From the IMG/VR virus record IMGVR_UViG_3300000271_000007, positions 1-61,380 of that record: 61,380 bases of DNA; one strand, 5' to 3'. The DNA comes from a virus (Duplodnaviria > Caudoviricetes). Positions 56,301-61,380 of this stretch are shown here, piece by piece (within the stretch, counting starts at the first letter, position 1; every line of letters begins with the position of its first letter). The notes beneath the pieces are model-generated. The model was given only the letters and a program-made list of their open reading frames with translations, had not been told where the DNA came from and made no database searches. A program made the translations under genes and the position numbers.

Positions 56301-58680
56301 CAGCATTCAAAGCCTCAGGCCCTTGCTCTGCAAGCGCAGGGGTTAGTTGCTCTGCTGCTCCTGCAACTCCTGCCGGCGCTGGCGCTTGCTCTGCCGGGGC
56401 TTCGGGCTCGGTTCGCGGTGCTGGTGCATTCTTCCCCTTCGCTGCCACGATGCGGTCGTTGATCTGCGTCGCCAGCACCGTGTCGCCGCGCTGCACGGCG
56501 TCGCTCCAGGCCTTCTTGAGCGTGGGCACGTCGGCGTCGGCAGGCGGGGCGGCGGGCGCTTCCGGCTCGGCCGGGGTGGAAACGTTTCCACCTGCCGGCG
56601 CGGCGGCGGTCGTTTCCACCGGCTCGGCGGCCGGCCCCGTCACTGCATCGGCAGGTGCGGGATCGTCTCCGGGTCGAACTCCATCAGCATCGCCGCCTGC
56701 CGCAGCGCGGTCCACAGCGGCTGGGGCATCGCCAGCATCTGCTGCGGGGTCGCTGCGCTGTTCAGCCATGCCGCGATCTCCAGGTACTGCGGCTCCGTCA
56801 AGAGCCCCAGGCTGTGCATCTGCGTCAGCTTGTCCATCGGTGATGAATCCCTGCGTCGGTCGCACCACGTAGCCGCCGTCCACCGGCACAACTTCGTGCG
56901 TTTCTGCGCCTGCGATGTTGCGAGCACGGGTAGCGCGCGTCTTACTCAAGAAGGCCCGACCGTTGGTTTCCAAGATCAGCCCCTGCTCAGGCTGATATTG
57001 CTTGGCGGCTCGCTCCAGCCGGGCGCTTGGGTCTTCCTGTTCCGCCGGCAGAAGCCTTGCCAGAACATCGGCATCAGTGATCCGGCCCGCTTCATAGTCT
57101 CGGACGTAAGCGCGAGCGGCCATCGTATTGGTGCGCCGCAGGCCGTCGATGAACTGAGCCACGGCATTGGGGGCTGCAGCATCAACCTGCACGGGATCAA
57201 CCATGCGCGTGCGCGGCGCACGACTGACGGGCTCGTCTTTGATAAGCTGAATCCGCGATTGACGATCGCGCTCGACTTGATATGCCGCTTCGCCTTGCTC
57301 CAGGTAGCCGGCGAGCACGGGTGAAGCCACCCATGCCTGCGGCACCACGGTGTAGCCGCTTCCATCAGGGAGCGGCAGAACCGACATGGGATTGCCTGTG
57401 CGCTCCTGCGCCATGCCTGCCAGTTGTTGCGCCTGCTCAGGCGGCATGGGGCGCGGAGAGCGCGCAATCCACTGTTCAATGTTCTGCAGTGCAGCACGTT
57501 CAGAAAGGACTGCCGCGGCTTCTTCGGCCGTGGCGGCACTCCCGTCTTGGAACACATAAAGCGGAGCCTGTCCGGAGAACCCGCCTTCAGGCTCGTAACG
57601 CTGGTTCCATTCCAGCGCAGGCGGCAGCGGCTCTCCCGCGTCGGCCTTCTTCGCCGCCGCTTCCACTGCCGCGTTCACGGCGCGGCTCATCGGCCCCACC
57701 TCGGGCAGCTTGTCCGCGCGCAGTTGGTCGCCGGGGCGCATGGCCGGGCGCGGGATGCCCAGCGCGCCACCCATTGCAGCGCCGGCCAAGGCTTCCATCG
57801 TGCCGCTGGCCACCACGCCAGCCATCGGGTCCACGTCGAAGCCTTCGTTGGCGAGTGCGGTGTTGGTGGCGAACTTCTCCTGCCCGCCTTGTAGCGCCTC
57901 GGGCACGCCTTCGGCCGCAGCACCGATGCCCACGCGGCGCGCGATGCCCGGGGCGGCCTGCGTCGTGCCGCGCACCAGGCGGTCGGCCGCGGCCTCGATG
58001 CCCGACCGGCCAGCCCATGCACCCAGCCCGGCGCCCAGCGCGATCTGCCCGGCGTTGGGGCCGCCGTAGGCCTGCGCCTGTGCGGCCAGCGCCTGCGCTT
58101 CCTCGGGGGTCTTGCCCGCGGCCAGCTGCGCCTGCAGCACCTCGTCGTAGATGCTCGACTTCACCGCGCCAGCGCCCTGCCCTGCACCGATGCCGAGTGC
58201 CGCACCCATGCGGCCAGCCACGGCAGCCGGGCCGGCGCCGGGGATCAGCGCGGTGGCCACGGTCGGGATCGACGTGCCGACGGCCTGCGCCAGCGTCTGC
58301 ACCGGGGCCACGCCGAAAGCGCGGAAGCCGGCCACGACTTGATCCAGCAGCCCCTTGCCCTCGGCGTCGCGCAGGATCTGCGCCATCGTGCGCTCGTCGG
58401 CCTGCGCCTCGGCGCTCTTGAGGCTGGAGATGTAGTCCTCCACGCTGCGCAGCCCACCGGACACGGCGTTGTCCGCGCCGGCGAGGTCGGTCAGCATGCG
58501 CACGCCCTGCACGGCACCACGGCCGAACGACAGGCCGGTGTCGGCCACGGCGCGCGCCATGCCGCGAGGCTCGGCCGGGGCAGCGACTTGCGCCGCTTGC
58601 GCGGACAAGGCGGCCATCGCCGCGTCGAAGTCAATCGGCTCTTGCGGTTGCGCGATGTAAGTCGGCTTGCGGGTGGCCAT
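50344..58680 (-). CDS. Giant polyvalent internal virion protein (PLxRFG type) with 2H phosphoesterase, DUF3560-like and HExxH domains
   Basis: YAPLMRFG ~52240; FHEAFH ~53490; HVTVAYS and PHVTLTY ~54780-55215; Gly/Ala hydrophobic N-terminus. Confidence 0.85.
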   Translation of the reverse strand: MATRKPTYIAQPQEPIDFDAAMAALSAQAAQVAAPAEPRGMARAVADTGLSFGRGAVQGVRMLTDLAGADNAVSGGLRSVEDYISSLKSAEAQADERTMAQILRDAEGKGLLDQVVAGFRAFGVAPVQTLAQAVGTSIPTVATALIPGAGPAAVAGRMGAALGIGAGQGAGAVKSSIYDEVLQAQLAAGKTPEEAQALAAQAQAYGGPNAGQIALGAGLGAWAGRSGIEAAADRLVRGTTQAAPGIARRVGIGAAAEGVPEALQGGQEKFATNTALANEGFDVDPMAGVVASGTMEALAGAAMGGALGIPRPAMRPGDQLRADKLPEVGPMSRAVNAAVEAAAKKADAGEPLPPALEWNQRYEPEGGFSGQAPLYVFQDGSAATAEEAAAVLSERAALQNIEQWIARSPRPMPPEQAQQLAGMAQERTGNPMSVLPLPDGSGYTVVPQAWVASPVLAGYLEQGEAAYQVERDRQSRIQLIKDEPVSRAPRTRMVDPVQVDAAAPNAVAQFIDGLRRTNTMAARAYVRDYEAGRITDADVLARLLPAEQEDPSARLERAAKQYQPEQGLILETNGRAFLSKTRATRARNIAGAETHEVVPVDGGYVVRPTQGFITDGQADADAQPGALDGAAVPGDRGMAEQRSDPAADAGDAPAAVDRAAAGGDADGVRPGDDPAPADAVTGPAAEPVETTAAAPAGGNVSTPAEPEAPAAPPADADVPTLKKAWSDAVQRGDTVLATQINDRIVAAKGKNAPAPRTEPEAPAEQAPAPAGVAGAAEQLTPALAEQGPEALNADAISSKSTRNKLPADAELLGRITRAQPAGNKLLGSLDAETKSLVLSGVGRLVKNREIFKRIVELVPVEVMNVLAGNRIKADGRADYEAVLKNLAAVELEGSVPVLVDASDTFVRVAASVAAEQVAMPGGAGGLPLARDAAVGAREGDGISAAPSVLASRVAEGIPGRVSVDVRVGPQDGGRAIGTLDSTQVNSPTRVDELGSSSDATNDDPPTVSNTSMANPEKPAARRKRLQAEKGTAKRTLQEQVERPAAPDAVVATAGDPDAKGERKFYVTMVRGDRVARLAGPFDTKEEAEAMKPRAQDEANKADPRSAFDAFGVSGITSESHKPGTLNERLGISAPAAAVAEREAAPAPAAEQEPTPLYASRPLTPASAEAIRAWAATQGFKTTLPAADMHVTVAYSREPVDGALVPADDAPLTVRSGKRSVEPLGDQGAVVLKLESPELQARWREYRKAGASWDYESYTPHVTLTYDGAGVDLAKVKPYAGPIELAGETQEPLNVDKADDYKAAGEDATPQPAAEEAAAPAEAAPATGIAPMPGIPGLSMSLAQSAHRGTSFSPERRGEQEVAGYREALRDAWDRAARVAGKDEAAIARITEVFEDVAAGYNARYAASLGAKSQIVSTMIAGGSNFPVRRMEKRNATARKRAEEASEYLERGIKRLLRAARGPIDNSPESELERVRLNLTQREELQEQMKAANAALRKGDDAALEDLGFTAEQIAELKKPDFAGRTGFPAYRLSNNNAEIARLRERLKSAEERMAAAQAGPVEQEYNGVRMVEDATDDRLRLYFDGKPSDAVREDLKAAAFKWSPKNEAWQRQLTPAAKYAAKQVLDKHFPASQDDTGNVAMLKRGSTAAGSLDLDSARALAAQMAERGMVRLNVVQSVADMPARQRDKVLALDPAGQVRGAYFRQGDSIWMVADNIRGADEFVRIAFHEAFHRGLARTIPEAKAVLREMWRTNQNLRAATAAQMKAHGIGQDEAIEEALAVMAEAGTVRDLKGWGKLMETIRSWVAGFAKALGLEMTWTDDMVLDFVAALTGRGLQGGVHVNTGQGTAAAPAPDAEPAADGPMLARTANALRDTIPEGVQQWMTDRTTSQRGFNRVWHRTVGTQLHKAKINKDFGRVYYAVQDFMKDVSRIATLAADKAPDMLPQIESLGDLARLAPTLASPAAYKQRKADIQAASAALFDGTLRYTRDEEGKAVKVEPDSDELGGIVWTDAELRERGLSDRAVKMYRQSRQAIDQSLENMLAADLYRQASVLPPEMLATTPGELDALLAGMRRAAASENPWQAYTLMRNAIKDRLAELETALDGQPNQHTPDLMARRQELRKLQTSIADKAQRIADLQDAGYAPLMRFGPYAVDAVNADGRRVFFGMYESQAAANKAARNFRGDGLQVTQSIMPQKDFEALQGVSPETALLFAEMLGVEKNEAMQKWLQNAVAEQSALKRHIRRKGIEGFDEDGGRVLAAFVTSNARAASRALHAARMADAVENVQQGDVKDEARALVEYVNNPKEEAQALRGLLFVQYIGGSIASAMVNLTQTLVQTLPYLSQYGGAIKAGARLSSAMKTALADKIADPALAKAVARAEKDGVIKPQEVFQLQAEASRSLGSNLYARSLLAAWGSMFQLAEQFNRRTAFIAAYETARQQGMADPFAFAENAVDETQSVFNKGNRPSWSRGAVGATLFTFKTFTIQYLEFLKRLATAGEPGSPERAQGRKAAALALLTLVMLSGMKGLPFADDADDLIDTVAQGLGYNWTTDAQRDKWLDALLGETFSDLVQHGFSGMPGVPFDVSQRLGMANLLPGTGLLKTSESNKQNQVLEVFGVAGSAVRDATQGQFLPVAIRNLMQGLDIYETGLYRDRRGRNVTEADMVDAVLKGIGLQPSNVARAQREIGRQIQQRSLYQAVKEELTDAMAQARFDGDDDALRNAQQALARWNDSNPEARIIILPQTIRQRLRQMRMSKAERTVANTPRPLRAQTAEALQ
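55732..56346 (+). CDS. HNH endonuclease with zinc fingers and C-terminal HTH, nested antisense in the giant gene
   Basis: Two CxxC...FCxxxC fingers; EHRLIV...DVHHLDGNKLNNALENL...H; GGAG RBS at 55721; lower GC. Confidence 0.9.
   Translation: MRTVQCTYCSAPVLRTNSDVNRYPSGNSFCNTACQYAWRGRNSVTFTCTNCGVTGKRKPARTTGHRNLFCGYACRDTYKRVGSINKDGYRSFKLNGRQVLEHRLIVGSAIGFDAIAGKDVHHLDGNKLNNALENLAVLDKSAHAREHQTLSFCIETAKQLVASGLSARDAAKQLGVSRELVASAFARYGISIQSLRPLLCKRRG
56640..56837 (-). CDS. Probable overprinted 65-aa gene in an alternate frame of the giant gene
   Basis: MDKLTQMHSLGLLTEPQYLEIAAWL...; GC-rich third positions in this frame while the host frame is low-complexity. Confidence 0.55.
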   Translation of the reverse strand: MDKLTQMHSLGLLTEPQYLEIAAWLNSAATPQQMLAMPQPLWTALRQAAMLMEFDPETIPHLPMQ

Positions 58681-60062
58681 CAGTATTGCCCGTTGTCGAT
58701 GCGGTCGATCAGGGTTTGGATCTCGGCGGCGCGGGTTTCGGCGCCGGGCCGGCCCTTCCAGCGGGACAGGTCGGCCACCAGTTCGGCGCGCTTCTCGCGC
58801 ACCTGCTGGCGCGACAGGCCGGCGAGCGGGTCGGCGCTGGCCTGCGCCATGCGCGGGGGTGCGGGGCGGGCGGCCGGTGCCGGAGGCGCAGCGGGTGCAG
58901 CAGCGGCAGCGGCAGCCGGTCGCGGCCTCGTAGCTGCGTCAATCGCTGCCATTGCCTTTGCCTTGTCGCCTCCAGTCGCCGCCATCGCTTGCTGGTAGAG
59001 CGCCAGCGCTTGGTTGACAGCGCCTTGGGTGTCGCCGCTCTGTGCTGCTGGCATGCGAGTCATCAGCCCTCGGACGGCTTGTGCGCCCGTCGGGTCGTAC
59101 ACCGTCCGTCCGCTCACTTCGTCCTTGGTCGTGAACAGACCAGTGATGAACTTGTCGGCAGCGGCCATGTCCAGCCCGGTTGGGGCAGGCGCAGCGGCAG
59201 CCGGGCCACCGTTCGCACGGGCCTCGGCAGCGCGCGCGGTGCGCTCGGCAGCGCTGGCCACACGTTCCTCGCGGGCCGACTGCGCATCCACGCGCTGCTG
59301 GTCGCGGGCTTCCTTGCGCGCGTTGGCGAAATGCGCCAGCTTCTGCTGCGGCGTGGTGTTCTTGGCGAACAGGAAAGTCGCCCGTATCTGGCCTTCTTCG
59401 GTATCGGGCACGGTCATGCCGGCGCCCAGCGCGGTGCCGTCCGGTCCCACCGGGTACAAGGTGACGTTCTCGCCGGCCTTCTTCACCGCGAACTTGGCCT
59501 GCCCGCCCATGCCGTCGGCCTTGGACTCGCTCAGGAACTTGGCGAAGCCTTCCCAGCCGCCGGTCTGGAGTGCGCCCACCATGTCGCGGTCGAAGCGCTG
59601 GATGGCCTCGGCCTCGCGCGCGGCGTTCACCTGCGCCTCTGCGCCCTCGGCTTGCATGGCACCGGCCTCGATCTGCGCAGCGCGCACCGGGTCGCTGGTG
59701 GCGCCAGCAGCGCGGCGCATGCGGGCAGCGGGCCGGTTCATGCCGGCCACGGTGCGCTCGGCCTCGGCCGGGTCGGCGATGACTTGGCTGCCCACGTTGT
59801 AGGCCTGCGGCCCCTGCTGGTCGGGCGCGAGTTCGGGCTGGGCCTGCACGGGTGCGCTGGCGGCCTTCACTGCGGCGCGCTCGGCTTCCTCGTCGGCGAA
59901 GCGCTGGTCCTCACGGGTCCACTGCGTGCGCTGGCGGTCGCGCTGCTCGCGGCGGAAGGCGTCGTCTTCCTCCTGCCGCTGGCGCTGGCGGGCCTGCTCG
60001 GTGCCCTGGGTGTAGCCGGATGCGCCAGCACCCAGCATGGCGAGGGCTCGGGCGATGCTCAT
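58680..60062 (-). CDS. Internal virion / DNA-transfer protein
   Basis: Ala/Gln-rich helical; coupled between virion genes; GGAGG RBS. Confidence 0.7.
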   Translation of the reverse strand: MSIARALAMLGAGASGYTQGTEQARQRQRQEEDDAFRREQRDRQRTQWTREDQRFADEEAERAAVKAASAPVQAQPELAPDQQGPQAYNVGSQVIADPAEAERTVAGMNRPAARMRRAAGATSDPVRAAQIEAGAMQAEGAEAQVNAAREAEAIQRFDRDMVGALQTGGWEGFAKFLSESKADGMGGQAKFAVKKAGENVTLYPVGPDGTALGAGMTVPDTEEGQIRATFLFAKNTTPQQKLAHFANARKEARDQQRVDAQSAREERVASAAERTARAAEARANGGPAAAAPAPTGLDMAAADKFITGLFTTKDEVSGRTVYDPTGAQAVRGLMTRMPAAQSGDTQGAVNQALALYQQAMAATGGDKAKAMAAIDAATRPRPAAAAAAAPAAPPAPAARPAPPRMAQASADPLAGLSRQQVREKRAELVADLSRWKGRPGAETRAAEIQTLIDRIDNGQY

Positions 60063-61380
60063 GCCGCCTCCAGTTCTTCGCGCTTGAGCGCTCTGACCTG
60101 CTTTGAGAGTTCTTGGATCGCGGAAAGCATCCTTCCTTGCTGCTTCACAAGGTCGATCACTTTGCCGCCCGGGGCGCTGGCTTCACCGCTCACGCGCCGC
60201 ACGTCGTCGGCCATCGGGCCGGTCATCTTCTGGCCGCCGCTGCCGGGCGGCGCGCCCTTGGCGGGGTCATATTCCCAGTTGTCATGCACCGGCGTCTGCT
60301 CGATCTCGCGCAGCGCCTTCGCGGCGTCGGCCATCTTGCCGGTGCCCTTCTTGACCTTCGGGTCGCTCGTGCCGTAGCGGTTGCCCGCCCACTGGCCGAT
60401 GCCGTTGATGCCTTGCAGCAGCATCCGGTCGTCCTGGCGCTGGCTGCTGGCCACGCTGTTGAACAGGTTGCCGGCCGAGGTCATGCCGTTCAAGGCGGTG
60501 TTGAAGCCCTGCGTCATCGTCGGCGTGCCGCTGGTGGCCGACTGGAGCGCCTGCCCGGCGGAACTGGAGCCGGCGCTGCCGCTGCTGGTGGCGATCTGCT
60601 GCTGGGTGGCCTGCTGGGTGGCGATGCCGCGGCCCAGGTTGGCGACGTCGGCCATGCGGGCGTAGCCCTGCTGTTCCACCTGCCGCGCTGCACCCGTCAT
60701 CGCGCCGCCGCGCGCCGCGGCCTGCCGCACCGCAGAGTCCTCGGCCAGCGCCTGCGCACGTGCGGAACCCGGGGCCACGCCGGCGCGAGCCAGCGCGCGG
60801 TCGTTGGCCTGCCGCGTCGCGTTGGCGCTCATGTCCACGTCGGCGGCGGCGCTCGCGGCTGCAGCAGCGCGGCGCTCGGGCGTGTCGTAGGTCGTCGCGT
60901 CCTGCACCCGCCGCTGCTCGACCGGGCGGAAGGTCGTGCGGTTGTACTGGTCCAGTTCCTGCGCCTGGTCCACGGCGAACTGCATGCCGCGGATCTGCTG
61001 GTCGGCGATGGCGTTCTGGCGGGTCGCCGCACCTTCGCGCAGCGGGGCCTCGTTGGCGTAGGTCGTGCGATACCAGTCGAAGGCGTCGCGCGATAGTTGC
61101 AGCTGGCCCTGCGCCACCGCTGCCGCTGCTGCCGTCGCTCCGCTGGCGTTGTTGCTGGCTTGGTCGCTGGCCCACAGGCCCGCGCCGAGTTGAATCAGGG
61201 AAATCCAGTCGCCTGCGCCCATTGCGGATGCTCCTGCGTTCGTCGCGCCGGTGAAGTTGGTGCCGTTCCAGGCGCCGCTGCCGACAGTCGAGCCGCCACC
61301 CGCGCCACCCGCGCCGCCAGCGGTCGTGCCGGCGGTGGTGCCTGCACCCGGGGTCACGGCCGAGCCGCCAGAACCGGCGC
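60059..61380 (-). CDS. 3' part of internal virion protein with C-terminal peptidase S74 (intramolecular chaperone) domain
   Basis: SDPKVKK...WEY...GPMADDV...LSAIQEL; frame open to window end. Confidence 0.75.
   Translation of the reverse strand, partial: AGSGGSAVTPGAGTTAGTTAGGAGGAGGGSTVGSGAWNGTNFTGATNAGASAMGAGDWISLIQLGAGLWASDQASNNASGATAAAAAVAQGQLQLSRDAFDWYRTTYANEAPLREGAATRQNAIADQQIRGMQFAVDQAQELDQYNRTTFRPVEQRRVQDATTYDTPERRAAAAASAAADVDMSANATRQANDRALARAGVAPGSARAQALAEDSAVRQAAARGGAMTGAARQVEQQGYARMADVANLGRGIATQQATQQQIATSSGSAGSSSAGQALQSATSGTPTMTQGFNTALNGMTSAGNLFNSVASSQRQDDRMLLQGINGIGQWAGNRYGTSDPKVKKGTGKMADAAKALREIEQTPVHDNWEYDPAKGAPPGSGGQKMTGPMADDVRRVSGEASAPGGKVIDLVKQQGRMLSAIQELSKQVRALKREELEAA

Larger units (their letters stand above)
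1586..56590. repeat. Dispersed 14-bp palindrome family TGGAA(A/G)CG(T/C)TTCCA, 14 copies
   Basis: Starts at 1586, 9973, 17177, 20631, 23981, 26024, 26316, 34617, 38367, 41570, 41657, 45749, 50220, 56577. Confidence 0.92.

Noticed and set aside
1586-56590. Palindromes as a CRISPR array, CI operators or CcpA cre sites
   Set aside because: Not regularly spaced; CI operators have a different consensus; CcpA is a Firmicutes regulator, although a host LacI-family binder is not excluded
56976-57557. Third nested ORF in the giant gene
   Set aside because: Arg/Ser/Pro-rich with no RBS or motif, and the main frame looks protein-like here
1-61380. Direct circular join of the window ends
   Set aside because: Joining position 1 to 61380 shifts frame and hits a stop, so some sequence is missing or misjoined in the Gly/Ala-rich gene

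Overview
A near-complete, circularly permuted genome of a high-GC temperate podovirus with Bcep22/BPP-1-like organisation, probably infecting a Burkholderiales-type host (inference). It carries a P22-like portal, an N4-gp56-type major capsid protein, no tape measure, and large internal virion proteins. Both window ends fall inside one Gly/Ala-rich virion gene. The minus strand encodes terminases, head, neck, Ig/beta-helix decoration proteins, lysis and tail genes (1-26 kb), a mosaic accessory/recombination arm (26-39 kb) and injected virion proteins (50-61 kb). The plus strand encodes cro, a ParB-like protein, helicase, DNA methylase, primase and AlpA/xis (40-49 kb). An integrase and an intact attP (tRNA-Ser-like 3' core) sit at 48.7-50.2 kb. 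Most notable: (1) a 14-bp palindrome TGGAA(A/G)CG(T/C)TTCCA found 14 times genome-wide, mostly hidden in coding linkers and twice in the ParB-like gene, suggesting a KorB/parS-like system; (2) a 2778-aa polyvalent virion protein with an Acb1-like 2H phosphoesterase domain whose frame stays open across a complete antisense HNH gene and a probable second nested gene; (3) a textbook integron attC cassette in the accessory arm; (4) a CsrA-like gene paired with GGA-loop hairpins in the capsid leader. All calls come from reading the sequence; no database searches were run.
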